Assembly: GCF_011386835.1 (NCBI RefSeq)
Contig: NC_088806.1
Location: 2,108,001-2,172,000 of the forward strand
Reading direction: 5' to 3'
Length of the DNA stretch: 64,000 nt
DNA from: Chrysemys picta bellii
Taxonomy: Eukaryota
Positions 13,206-25,967 of the stretch are shown piece by piece (positions within the stretch are counted from its first letter, which is position 1; the number at the start of each line of letters is the position of its first letter). The position numbers and the translations under genes are program-made. The notes below the pieces were generated by a model. It did not search any database. It saw only the letters and a list, made by a program, of their open reading frames with translations, and was not told the origin of the DNA.

Positions 13206-16200
13206 GGTTTCGTGAAAGATGTGCACGAAGACTCGGTCACGATATCCTTCGAGAACAAGTAAGTATCCGCCGGAGACTCCTGGTGAGAGGGAGCGGTCCT
13301 GGGCCTAGCCTCCGTTTGTCCTCGTTCCATCTGGGGGAGAACTGAGACCCGCTCCTGTAGGAGGGAACTGAGACGTTTTCAGACCGAGGCCATTGCGGTC
13401 GCAGATCCCAATCCTACCTAACTCTGCATCTCCTTTGAACAATTGTCAGCTCTTTTCAGTGGCTGCTTTTCTGTGTCGAAAATAGTTAGGCCCTACAGCC
13501 AAGTTGGTGGCAGACCTGGGGATAGAACCCAGGTGTCCTGGCCCCCCCAGTCCCTTCCTGTGACTACCCATTAGACCCCCGTGCGCCTTCCAGAATTGGG
13601 GGATATCGTCCGGGGTTCCTGACTCCTAGCCCACCCGTGCTAACCCACTAGACCATTGGTTCCCAAACTAGGGGGTGTGAAGAAATTCCAAGGGGGGCGC
13701 GAGGCTGCCTGGCCCTTGAGCTCCCGGCCGGGGAGGTTAGCCCCTGGTCCCTCCCCTCCCCTGCAGCTACGCCGGTGCACGGGCAGCACAGCTTGTGCTT
13801 GCCCACCTCCCAAGCTTTCCAATAAGCCAGTCCTGACGCTCTGAGCGGCCTGGTAGGGAGGTGGGCAGAGTGGGGGTTGGATAAGGGGCAGGAGGTCCCC
13901 GGGGGGCAGTCAGGGGACAGGGAGCGGTTGGATGGGGCGTAGGTTCTGAGGGGGCGGGGAGGAGACAGAGTGGGGGGATTGGATAGGCGTGGGAGTCCCG
14001 GGGGGGCCTGTCGGGGTGGGGGTGTGGATAGGGGTTGGGGCAGTCAGGAGACAGGGAGCAGGGGGGCTTGGATAGGGGGTGGGGTCCCGGGGGATCTCGG
14101 GAGGGGGCTGGTCAGGGGACAAGGAGGGGAGGTTTGGATAGGGGGTGGGGTCCCAGGAGGGGGTGGTCAGGGGACAGGGAGAAGAGGGGGTTGGATAGGC
14201 GTGGGAGTCCGGGGGGGGGGGGGGGGGGGCTGTGGATAGGGGTCGGGGCAGTCAGGAGACAGGGAGTAGGGAGTGGGGTCCCGGGGGATCCCGGGAGGGG
14301 GATGGTCAGGGGACAAGGAGCAAGGGGGGTTGGATAGGGGGTGGGGTCCCAGGAGGGGGCAGTCAGGGGACAAGGATCAGGGGCGGTTGGGTGATGGTAA
14401 AGGAGAGGTGGGGGGTGTGAGGGTTTCTCGAAAATTAAAAAGAGGGCGTGATGCCTCCTGCCACTTCCCCTCAACGGCAGGCTGGAGGTATCCAATCGTC
14501 TATTAAGATCGTTAGCGGGACCGGCGTGCGCGGAACTTCGGCGCGCCGCTGCGGGCAAGCTGTTGCTTTCGGTTCCGTGGCCCTGGTGCAAGCGAGTGGA
14601 TTGTAAATGTCAACCCTACGCTGTTCCGCGGTAGGAGGGTTGTTAGCGTGCGGCTGTAGGGCCGATGGGCACCTCAGCCGACCCCGCTGGAGCCGGTGCA
14701 GGGTGGAAATGCAGGGATGCCACAGTCCCCGCTTCAGAGCCCTAAATAAAGCTGCTGCACTCAAGGTATCTGACACGGGGCCATGAGGCCCAGCATAACT
14801 AGCAGGCTGCCGCTTTTCCAAATTTAGTTCCTGCTGTTTGTGGCATGCGAATGAAACTGACTCACTCTTAATAAGCCAGCCGCCCGCCCCCGGGAATGCC
14901 TCTAGATTGGCAGCTGTCACTCTACCGCGTGGCGGGATTGTGTGGATTGATGCTAGGGCTGAGATCTCAGGGCCGCATTGTGCTAAGCGCTGTCTCTACA
15001 GGTACCGAGCTGCTCCCCTGTGAAATGTTTCTCTTTCCGACCGTCCGGGTTCCTTCGGTGATGTTAGTTGAGCGTTTGTGTCTCCCGACATCAGTGACTA
15101 GGAGGAAGCAGCGTCATTAGGAGCGTGTTTGTTGGCAGACCTCTCGGTGCACAGTGGGAAAGGAAAGGCAGACGGCCCGGTTTTTAAAACCCGGCCGTCT
15201 GCGTGCAGGAATATCAGAGCCCTTAAACGCAGCTTGGTAGGTAGCTGAGAATGCAGATGGCATGGCAGACAGGCCAACCCTGAGAGGCTGCCACCTCTGG
15301 GGTGTGCCATCTGTTCAGCCAGCACTGCGATGCGGCCACCTCTGGGGTGGAAGGGGGTAGGGCAGGAAGCAAAGAATATTCTCTGCCCCAAACTGTGCAG
15401 GGGAGATTGGGGTTTAAACAGGAGTCCAATTGCTCTGTTTCGATCTACTTTGCCTGGCGTGTGGCTCTTTAACCGGGGAACTGGAAATGTTTCTGAACCA
15501 GTAACAGGCGAAACGGGGTTTAAATCAACTTACGCCACAAACAAACCGCTTTAAAAGCAGCTACAGGCCCTTGCTGTCTCTCTTAGCCGATGTGTAAGTA
15601 AAAGACCCCGGTCCCTACACGGCTTCTGAGTGGATTTCTCTCGTTCGACAGCTGATCGCAGGCAATCGACCTTTCCACATTTTAAAGCTTGGAGGCGCTG
15701 CCTGTTGGATTGAACCTAGTTGAGCAGGTGCCGGTTTTCCTTGCATTTCTGCGCTTGCCTGGCTGATTTCAGGGCATCGTGTTCGCTCGGGGGCTCTATT
15801 TCGGCTCGACCGGTGAAAACTAGTAACGCTGGAGGACTGCCAGCTAGAGCAGCGGCCGGCGCTTCAGCACTCTGCAGCCAGCCTGCTGCTCCGCGATAGC
15901 TCAGCTGTCCGTAGTTAGGACGGTAGTGTAATTAACCATGCAAATCCCAGGGTCATTAGCCTGCTCGCACCTAGATGGTGAGATTACAGCACTGTCACCA
16001 GTTCCTAGAGCCTGCTGGACACCCGGGTCAAATGCTACGCCGACTCCCTCTGCTTCTTGGCTGTGATTCTGTCTAAGCTGGGTGGGATGAGCCGCATAGA
16101 TCCGAGCAGTCCACTGAGTGTCGAGTGCACTCCGTTCCTCAAATACCTCGGTTGGCTGCGGTGTCCTTATGGGGTTTCGAGCCGCGTTGCTGAGCAGGTG

Positions 16201-19200
16201 AATTTCCCTGCTGAGACAGCTGTAGCTTCCCCGCCTCCCGACAGCTGTTCACGTCTGGTTTCCAAATCCCAAACACACACGCGCATCGCTCTGACCGGGG
16301 GGCCCAGGGTTCAAGTATTGGGGGGAGGGATAGCTCAGTGGTTTGAGCATTGGCCTGCTAAACCCAGGGTGGTGAGTTCAATCCTTGAGGGGGCCATTTA
16401 GGGATCTGGGGCAAAAATCTGTCTGGGGGTTGGCCCTGCTTTGAGCAGGGGGTTGGACTAGAGACCTTCTGAGGTCCCTTCCAGCCCTGATAGTCTGTGA
16501 TTCTATTGCTTGGCAGTGCAGATGCAACCTCACGCTGGGAGTCCACCAAAAACATCCCGCAAGCCGACTTTCCTGGGGCCGGTTTTGTTCAACATCTTTA
16601 TTAATGGATGATGGGATTAATTGCACCCTCAGCAAGTTCGCGGATGACACTAAACTGGGGGGAGAGGTAGATATGCTGGAGGGTAGGGATATGGTCCAGA
16701 GTAACCTAGACAAATTGGAGGATTGGGCCAAAAGAAATTGGATGATGTTCAACAAGGACAAGTGCAGAGTCCTGCACTTAGGACGGAAGAATCCCATTCA
16801 CTGCTACAGGCTGGGGACTGACTGGCTAAGCGGCAGTTCTGCAGAAAAGGACCTGGGGGTTACAGTGGACGAGAAGCTGGATATGAGTCAGCAGTGTGCC
16901 CTCGTTGCCAAGAAGGCCAACGGCATGTTGGGCTGCATTAGCATTGCCAGCAGATCGAGGGACGTGATTATTCCCCTCTGTTCGGCACCGGTGGGGCCAC
17001 ATCTGGAGTATTGTGTCCAGTTGTGGGCCCCGCATTACCGAAGGGATGTGGACAAATTGGAGAGAGTCCAGCGGAGGGCAACGAAAATGATCAGGGGGCT
17101 GGGGCACATGACTTATGAGGAGAGACTGAGGGAACTGGGATTGTTTAGTCTCCAGAAGAGAAGAATGAGGGGGGATTTGATAGCAGCCTTCAAATACCTG
17201 AAGGGGGATCCAAAGAGGATGGAGCTCGACTGTTCTCAGTGGTGGCAGATGACAGAACAAGGAGCAATGGTCTCAGGTTGCAGTGGGGGTGGTCTAGGTT
17301 GGATATTAGGAAACACTATTTCACTAGGAGGGTGGTGAAGCACTGGAATGGGTTACCTAGAGAGGTGGTGGAATCTCCATCCTTAGAGGTTTTTAAGGTC
17401 AGACTTGACAAAGCCCTGGCTGGGATGATTTAGTTGGGGTTGGTCCTGCTTTGAGCAGAGGGTTGGACTAGATACCTCCTGAGGTCCCTTCCAACCCTGA
17501 TCTTCTATGATTCTAAGTCTTCTCACCCTGCACCATGAACAATGGGCTAGAGCGGCCATGTTTTGGGATATCGGTGGTTGGACGGGGGCCCACATAACGC
17601 AGTGTAGACGCTGGAGCCCCGGGTTGGGACAGTTCCTAACCCGGGGGGAGGTGCGGGGGGTTTACAAATGCGTGTAGACAGCACCAGCCCTGAGTCAGAC
17701 TAGCGAGAAGCTGAAATGTCTTGTGCTTAAGCTACATGGTGGTGTTCAGCGTGTCTGCTTCCTCTCCATCTGAAATACACCAACTGAGTCGCAAAAAGCC
17801 CTGGGCTGCATTGGGTACTGGCGTCTCGAGTCCGCACTGGGAGCAGCTAATTGCAAACGCACATACATGAATCATTAAAACAAACAGCGAGGTGAAAATC
17901 CCTCCTCGGGCGGAGATCCGAAGCGGCAGGAAGTTAAGCTGGGTTTAGCCGAAGGGAAAGTTTCTCCCCACCCCGCGTTCGGTGCCCTCTTTCTGTTGCA
18001 AAGTACATCTCGTGGCCGCGTGGCGGTTGTCAGATTGTCGCAGGCTGTACGAACACAGATCAGAAAGCGCTTATGCTTGACATAGACGACAATCCCAAAA
18101 TTGCGGGGACGAGGGCGGAAAGGCCAGTTATAAAGCACTCTGGAGTCTTCTTCCCGCTTTCCAGAAGGGGGAACAATCCTTCCTTTGTCTGCATAGATGG
18201 TAAACTCTCCCCAGGCAGGGACCGTCTCCGGCCGTGTGGGTGCCCGGGGCCTGGTGCTGTCTCTTCAGCGTGTCCTGTCTTAGTCCCAGTCTGCGGTGCC
18301 ACCTACAGGCGAATGCAATCTCGGTCTCATGTCTCCTAACAGCTGGCAGCCGGAGCGGCAGATCCCCTTCGGCGACGTCCGGCTCCCCCCGCCCGCGGAC
18401 TACAATAAAGAGATTACCGAAGGGGACGAAGTGGAGGTAGGGGGTGTGCTTTTTGGGGGGCAGAGGGGTGCCTCTGTGAGCCTGCTATCCTCACTGGCTC
18501 CCCCGCTGACTATATTGACCTGTCTCTCTAGGTTTATTCCCGAGCCAATGAACACGAGCCGTGCGGCTGGTGGCTGGCGAGGGTCCGGATGATGAAAGGA
18601 GATGTAAGTTTCTGAGGATTTTTCTGCTCCTCCCCCCCATCTCCGATCGCTTGCATCTATCCCAGAATCCTTTGCGCTTCACGGGCCTGCCGTTTTACAC
18701 CGGCCCTCGAGCTCGGGTCTGGGGCTTGCCCTGCTCCAGCCGGGGAGCAGGGTCGGGGGCCGCTCCCAGAAGCAGCAGCATGGCCCCCCTCCGGCTCCTA
18801 CCAGTGGCAGTGAGGTCCACAGGCTAATTCCATCTGAAAACGAAGCGTTGAGCACGGTTGTCCCGTCTCTCCCCCACCCGGCTATGTCTGAATGGCACAG
18901 CCCCTCTCGGGGCCTGCGGTCAGCTCTCTCCTCCCCACCCCAAATCCCCGGCTCTCACCCGATCTCTCCTCCCCCCCCCCCCCCAGTTTTACGTCATCGA
19001 ATACGCAGCTTGCGATGCCACCTACAACGAAATCGTCACGCTGGAGCGGCTCCGGCCCGTCAACCCCAACAAAGTGGCCACCAAATCCAGCTTCTTCAAA
19101 TACACCATCGCTGTGCCGGAGGACCTCAAGGAAGCGTGAGCGAGGCGGGGATCCTGGCGCGCGGGGCGGTGGGGGGGGAAGCGCTACGCGGGCTTGGACA

Positions 19201-22200
19201 AAAGAAAAGTTGCTAGCGTGGCTTTTCCTCTATGGGGAAGGAGCCAGAGACCAGGCGCTGTGGTCTGCCCAGTCTCTAGCCCAGCGGCTGCTCTAACTTG
19301 GGGCTTGGCTGTGTGGGGAAACTGACTGACATTATTCTACTGTAAAGGAAAGTCCCCTAACCGCTGGCCAATCCAGTTCTGGACTCTGGAGATCTGGGTG
19401 CTATTCCCAGCTTTGCCACAGACCGGACAGGTCATTTTGGGGGGCTCCCGCTGCCCCTCGTCTCTGCTCCGCTCACCCTGTCCTCTCTCCGCTCAGGTGC
19501 TCCAACGAAAACGTGCATAAAGAATTCAAGAAGGCGGTGGGGGCCAACTGCATCTTCCTGAGCGTGGCCAGCAGCGAGCTCTTCATCCTGGTGAGCGAGG
19601 CGGCGGAGGGCAGCGGGTTGGGGGGCGCTCATTGGAGATCGGCCGCGGCGGGGTGGACCCGACGCTCCAGGCTGGTTCGGAGGAGCCTCTTTCCAGCTGC
19701 CCGCCTGGCTTGCCTTGCCCCACGCCGTTCTTGGGGTCGGGGGGAATTGGCGGGGACCCTCGGGTGTGGTCGGGGGGCTTCTCGGTCCTGCTGCGACCGT
19801 CTGGGCAGGTCTCGCCCGGTCACTGCGGCTGGCTAGCCCCCCAAGATTCCTGCTGGCCTGGTACTTCGGGAGGTGGGGGCTACCTTGCCGATCTCCGACA
19901 CCGCTCGTCTTCCTCCCCCCTTCCCAGTCGACGAATGAATCCACAGTAAAGCGGGCGTCGCTGCTGGGGGACATGCACCTGCGCAGCATCCGCACCAAGC
20001 TCATGCTGATGTCGCGGAACGAGGAAGCCAACAAACACTTGGAGGTGAGGAACCCAGGCGTCCGGGCGACGGCCCACGCCCGGGGAGGGGGGCGGGGGAG
20101 GCGCCTCCGGCTTTCTTGCCAGACGGGCGCTGCGGGGCGGGAAATAGGCGGCTGTACACGGCTCGCCCAGGGCTTCTCCGGTGATTGCCCAGCTGGTCAC
20201 CTGACCTGGGCTCCATGGGGGGGCGGGGCGGGGTCACATGCCACTGGAGCCCCCCCCGGCCGGTCCATTGACTCCCCGCTCTGCGTCCCAGCGCTCTTTC
20301 TCTCCCCAGACGAGTAAGCAGCTGGCCTCGGCGTTCCAGGAGGAGTTCACGGTCCGCGAAGACCTGATGGGGCTAGCCATCGGCACCCACGGGGCCAACA
20401 TCCAGCAGGCCCGGAAGGTGCCAGGCGTCACCGCCATCGAGCTGGACGAGGAGACCTGCACCTTCCGCATCTACGGGGAGGTGAGGGCTGGCCGGGGCTC
20501 CTGGGTTCTATCCCCGGCTCCAGGAGATTGGGGGGGGCTGGCAGCCAGGACTCCTGGGTTCTCTCCCCGGCTCTGTTATTTGACCGTTGTCTCCTCCCCG
20601 CAGACTCCGGAAGCGTGCAAGCAGGCCCGGAGCTACCTGGAGTTCTCTGAAGACTCTGTTCAAGTCCCGAGAAACCTGGTCGGTAGGTGTCACGACGGCG
20701 ACCGTGCTCTGTAGTGACCTTCCGGGGGCCCGGCATTCACTTTCCTGGTGATGGGGACCTGGACACGTAACCATGGCACCGTGCTGGCGCGGGCGCCTCA
20801 AAGGGAAGTGGGCTACGAATGAGAGTGACCACGTGTGCCCCAAGAAGCTTGGGGTGCCAACCGGCAGAGGGCACCAATGTGCAGTGGAGTCCGTTCACCA
20901 ACACAATGTCCCGTAACGAAAGCTGGCGTCGCACCGGCGGTCAGGGCACCCGTGAGGAGTCGTGAACATGCTAAAAATAATGTTCTCTGGGTCTGTTGTT
21001 AAACGGGTCCCTCGAAAGTCGGGGGGTTGGGAAAAGCCCGGGGAGCGGGGTGGGCTGTTGTGGGTGTGTGTCTGGTCAAAGTGGGGGGGGGGACTCTGTT
21101 GCTTTGGGAGCCGGGGTTTCTGTGGGGCTCATCTCTCCGCTCGCCCCACCAGGCAAAGTGATCGGCAAAAACGGCAAAGTGATCCAGGAGATCGTGGACA
21201 AGTCGGGAGTGGTGCGGGTGCGGGTGGAAGGGGACAATGACAAGAAAAATCCCCGAGAGGAGGTAAGTGGGGGCGGATCGGGGTGGAGGTGGCTGCCGGC
21301 GGGGTGGGGGTGGCCGCTGGTGGGTTGGGGGGCACACGGGGGACGGCCGTGCCGTGACCGAATCTCCTCTCTCCTAGGGAATGGTCCCGTTCATCTTCGT
21401 CGGCACGCGGGAGAACATCAGCAACGCGCAGGCGCTCCTGGAATATCACCTCGCTTACCTCCAGGTAAATCCGGCTCTGCCGAGAACGGGCCTGCAGCAG
21501 CCGCCGGAACAGTCTTGGAACCGGCTCGCTTGCTCCGCAGCGGTGGCGTGCGAACACTGGGGGGCCATCGACAGCAAAAGGGGAGGGGCACACGCCTGAG
21601 AATCAGCGTCGATGTGGGTGTCTCGTGGGTGTGACCGTTAATCGGTTCCTCTGTTTCCTGTACTTTCCTGGTTTCCCGCACAGGCGGGTGCATTTGCTTA
21701 TTGGTCCTCCCCCCACCCCCGGCTGTGTGTGCGCAATTTGCTTTTGTTTCCCCTTCCTGTTCTGAGGCCTCACTTTTGACCTCCCTCCTTCCATCCCCCC
21801 AACAACTGCTAATTAGTATCCCTGCTCTGGGGTGCAGTCACTAATTGGTTCCCCCTGCTGGGTGCAGCCATTAATTGGTTCCCTGCCCCAAGACAGCATG
21901 GGTGTCCTTGCTAATTGGTCCCCCCTTGCAATGCAGTCACTAATTGGTTCCCCCTGCCAGCCCTGTACAGGTGCAGTCATTAATTGGTTCCCCTTGCCTG
22001 GGCGCGAAGTTACTGGGTTCCCCGTCTCACCCCGCGCCGTTCTTCCCATTCCCCAGGAGGTGGAGCAGCTGCGGCTGGAGCGGCTGCAGATCGACGAGCA
22101 GCTGCGGCAGATCGGCATGGGCTTCCGCCCCCTCTCCAGCCGGGCCGACAAGGAGCGGGGCGGCTACACCACCGACGACAGCACCTCCTCCTCCCTCCAC

Positions 22201-24244
22201 GGCACCCGGACGTACGGGGGCAGCTACGGCGGGCGAGGCCGCGGGCGCCGGGGGCCCAACTCCGGCTACGGTAACTGGCCCCACGGCGCCTTGGCCAAAA
22301 TGTCCCCTTCTTCACGGCGGGGGCGGGTTGACTGACGGGCCATAGGTGGCTGCATTTCAGCAACGCTTCCCCGGGGTATTGTGTCTCCTGCCCCTCCTAC
22401 AGCTTTGGGGATCCCCCCCAGTACAGACCAGCCCCCACCAACGGCGGCTCACGCGCCCCCCTGCTCTGCCCTGCCAGGTACCAACTCAGACCTGTCCAAC
22501 GCTTCAGAGACCGAGTCGGAGAAGAGGGACGACGGCGAGCGAGACCCGCGCCCCGAGGACAGCCGGAGGCGCCCGGGGTTGGGCCGAGGGCGGGGTCCCA
22601 CCCCGGCCCCCCGAGGGGGCGGAGGCAGCAAGTACAACAGCTCCTCCATCAGTTCAGGTGATCAGGTGTTGCTGTTAAATAGCGGCTGTGCCCCGCCCCA
22701 GAGGTGGCTGCATCTTGGCGCCAGCTCAGGGATCCCTGTGTAACCAGCTCCTGTGCCCTGCCCCAGAGGTGGCTGCATCTCAGCGCCGGGCAACTGGTCC
22801 CCGTGTAACCAGCCGCCTCGTCCCAGAGGTGGCTGCATCCCAGCGCCAGGTGAGGGGTCCCTGGGTAACCAACTGCCCTGCCCCAGAGGTGGCCGCATCT
22901 CAGTGATGTATAACCAGATGCCATGTTCCAGCGTCCTGACTCAGAATGAAGGGGAGTCCAGTCGGGGGTGGGGCTGGGATCCTGGACTCCTGGGTTCTCT
23001 GTGCCCAGTGTTTACTCCGTGCTGAAGTCCGCCCCCTCCCCCCCAGTGCTCAAGGACCCGGACAGCAACCCCTACAGCCTGCTTGACAACACGGAGACCG
23101 ACCAGACGGCTGACACCGATGGCAGCGAGTCGCAGCCCGTCAGCAACCGTCGCCGCCGCTCCCGCCGCCGCCGCACCGACGACGACGCCACCATGATGGA
23201 CGGCGCTGCCGAGTCCGACAACATGTCTGTCAACGAGAACGGCATGGGTGAGCAGGGGGGCTGGGAGCCAGGACTCCTGGGTTCTCTCCCTGGCTCTGGG
23301 AGGGGAGTTGGGGGCTGGCGGGTCAGAGCAGGGGGGCTGGGAACCCGGACGCCTGGGTTCTCGCTCCAGCTCTGGGAGGGGAGTGGGGGGGGGGGCAGGA
23401 GGCAGGACACCTGGGTTCATCTCCATCTCTGCTCCCTGCTTTCCCAGAGGATGAATCGAAGCCTCAGAGACGCAACCGGAGCCGTCGCCGCCGTAACCGT
23501 GGCAACCGCATGGACGGCTCCATCAGCCGGGACCGGCAGCCAGGTACGGGGGTCCAGCGGGGCCGGGCAGGGGATCCTGGCGCTCTGGGCTTAGCTCTCG
23601 CTTCTGCTACAGCCCTGAATGCCGCCGTGTGGGGTGTGAATGGTGGGGCAGGAGCTGCCCTGGGACCCCTCCCTGCGCCGGGTGTTGGCAGCGGGGCCCC
23701 ATTTCCGGGACAGATCGGGGGTGTGGCCAGAACTCCCATGCGTTAGAGCAGCCCAGAGGCTGCTCTGGTTTAGCCCGGTGGCCAGCATCACCCCACTTTG
23801 GGCTCGCAGGACTCCTGGGTCTGTCTCTCACCCCTCCCCCTCTCCCCCATTGGCGTTCTGTCCTTGCTGTGCGCGCGTCAGGGGGGCGGGCGGGAGTGGG
23901 GATTGGCAGCTGTCCCCAACCCAGCGCCCGCTCCCTCCCCTCCAGTGACCGTGGCCGATTACATCTCCCGGGCCGAGTCCCAGAGCCGCCAGCGGCCCCC
24001 GCAGAAGGAGCCCCGGGAAAAATCCACCGAAGACGACATACCGAGACAAAAGGTAGGGGTGGAGCCGGCAGCGGCGGGTGGAGCCGGCGGTGGCTGGGCG
24101 GAGCCAGCTTGGGGCGGGGCTTATTCCAAGCCCCTCTTGCGACCTTCTCCCTCCTCCCTGCAGGCAGAGCCAACCGGCAAGGTGGCCAACGGCCCGTCGG
24201 AGAACGGCGAGGAGCCGGCCGCCATGGTGAACGGGCTGTCGTAA
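13206..24244 (+). CDS. FXR2: FMR1 autosomal homolog 2 (Agenet/Tudor x2, KH x2, RGG); exons 2-17, exon 1 upstream of window
   Basis: GT-AG exons: 13206-13258, 18343-18436, 18532-18603, 18987-19135, 19497-19590, 19928-20044, 20310-20480, 20604-20682, 21153-21262, 21378-21464, 22057-22270, 22478-22657, 23047-23247, 23448-23543, 23946-24052, 24164-24244 (TAA). All phases are compatible. Translation [56 protein letters not shown]...[16 protein letters not shown]...[19 protein letters not shown]...MVNGLS matches FXR2. Synteny with SOX15/MPDU1. Confidence 0.96.
13860..14410. repeat. G-rich degenerate tandem repeat in FXR2 intron 2
   Basis: Repeated GGTCAGGGGACAGGGAG...GGTTGGATAGGGGGTGGGGTCCC units. 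Confidence 0.75.
16323..16505 (+). mobile_element. Tortoise-type tRNA-derived SINE with CR1 3' tail (full length)
   Basis: A box GATAGCTCAGTGG and B box GAGTTCAATCC, then CR1 tail GGGTTGGACTAGA...GGTCCCTTCCAGCCCTGATAGTCTGTGATTCTA. Confidence 0.88.
16570..17514 (+). mobile_element. 5'-truncated CR1 LINE (RT C-terminal part plus 3' UTR)
   Basis: ORF 16604-17338 contains [35 protein letters not shown] and [13 protein letters not shown]; 3' end TTCTATGATTCT. Confidence 0.93.
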
Positions 24245-25017
24245 GCGCCGCGCCAGGAGAGCTGCGCCCACTGCTTCCTGCCTAACTGACCCTACTCCGC
24301 CCTGCTTGCGTCATCGTTAAACACGCCCACCGACCTCTTGTTAACGAACCATTTATTCAACGATCGATAATTCCTCTAGTGCTTGTCGGAAGCTTGCCAA
24401 AGATAGCCAAGCTCTTACGGCTCGTTAGGCGCCGACCAATCAAGAGACAGGCAACCGGATTCTTGCTGGGGCAAGGGGCGCGGCTCCCCCTCCTCCCCCC
24501 CCTCCCCCAGGCAAGGGGCCTCGACAGTAAAAAAACAAATTAATTATCTCCTAATTGTGTGTCCGTTTTTGACGACTCCGTTCGAGCCAGGAACCGCAAT
24601 CCGGCCGCGGGTTGAAACCAGAGCGAGGATTTTTTTGTGCCTTCTGAACGCGCGTCGCTTCCCTTCCTTTTTTTCGGTCATTTTCCCTTCCGCCTAGTTC
24701 GCTCACGCAAGGATTTCGGTAAAGATGGAGCGGGGGGGCGGCTGCCGCGCTGTTTATTTCCCTCCCCCTTAAAAAAAACATCAGAAGGTACCACGGGGTG
24801 GGGAGCGCGGGGGGGATTTTTGTTTCTAGGCAATACAAACACAGCAGGTATTTTTCTTTTTTTTTTTTTTTTGGGTACACTGTGGCAGACTGGGGGGGCG
24901 GAGAGGGTAGAGCCGCGTGGCCCCCCCACCAGTGTCACTTTGCCAGGAAGGGGGGGCAAAATCGAGCTGTGACGGTTGAGACATTATTTATTTTTCACTG
25001 TACAGTATTTAAAAGAG

Positions 25018-25023
25018 AATAAA
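25018..25023 (+). terminator. Poly(A) signal of FXR2
   Basis: AATAAA about 770 bp after the stop codon, following a U-rich 3' UTR. Confidence 0.65.
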
Positions 25024-25967
25024 GAACCAAACTCGTACGCAAACGCTGCTGTGTCTTCCCCTCCCTGCACCCCCCGGAAACGTGGCGGGGGGGCAGAAAT
25101 CACCCCCCACAGACCCCCCCCCCCCCCCGCAATCTTCAATAAAGCCACCGAAAAGAACCGACATCGGCTCCACACCCTTCACTCGCTGCGGAGGGGTCAT
25201 GGATTCACGCCCTAATTCCCCCCCCGTCATTAAACCCCAGTCCCCAATTTGGCTTCCTTTCCTCATTAGCCGGTTGGATTGGGTGGGGGCGGGAGGGAAG
25301 CAAGCTGGCTGGTTCCTTCCCAAGGCACATTTCTCCCCCTCCCCCCCCCCAAGAGCTGGGGGGCTGATGGTTCTGCCCGCTGGGGGGGGGGAAGCTGACT
25401 GGTTCCTTCCCACGGCATGTTCCCCTCCAGCGCTGGGGGCCTGGTGGACCCATGCACTGGGGGGGGGGGGGGGGGGGAAAGGGGTCGGAGGATGAGCTCA
25501 GTGAGAGCCCGGGGGGGGGGGCCACTGACCTGTCTCTGGGTGGTGGGGGCCTAATGTGTTACTTGGTGGGGGGGCCCCAAGCAGGAGCAGGTGTAATTCC
25601 TAGGACTGGCCACAGGGGGGAGATGACGTACTAGGCAGGGACCTGTGGGGAGGGAGGGAATATTCACGGCTGAGCGGGGTGGGGTTCTGCCCCCCTGTCG
25701 TAGAGCCGGACTCCTGGGTTCTCTCCCCAGCGCTGGGAGGGGAGTGGGAGATGGTGGTTCAGAGCAGGGGGGGCTGGGAGCCAGGACTCCTGGGTTCTCT
25801 CCCCGGCTCTGGGACGGGGGTGGGAGCCAGGACATGTGTGGGGAGGAGCCTGGTGGGGGGGGCGGGCCCATGGGTCCTGGCAGGGAGGCCCCACCCCCCG
25901 GTGGGCGTGGTCCCAGCCCTGCTATATCTGGCTGCCCAGGTGCGGGCGGGCTCAGACGGGGCCGGGC

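Noticed and set aside
14990-15060. Possible cryptic or poison exon in FXR2 intron 2 (TCTCTACAG acceptor)
   Set aside because: No convincing donor and no conservation evidence from the sequence alone.
16604-17338. 244-aa ORF as a host gene
   Set aside because: It is the RT C-terminus of a truncated CR1.
23009-23046. Upstream alternative acceptor for FXR2 exon 14
   Set aside because: Introduces an in-frame TGA and lies in a repeat unit; the acceptor at 23047 gives the conserved [10 protein letters not shown].
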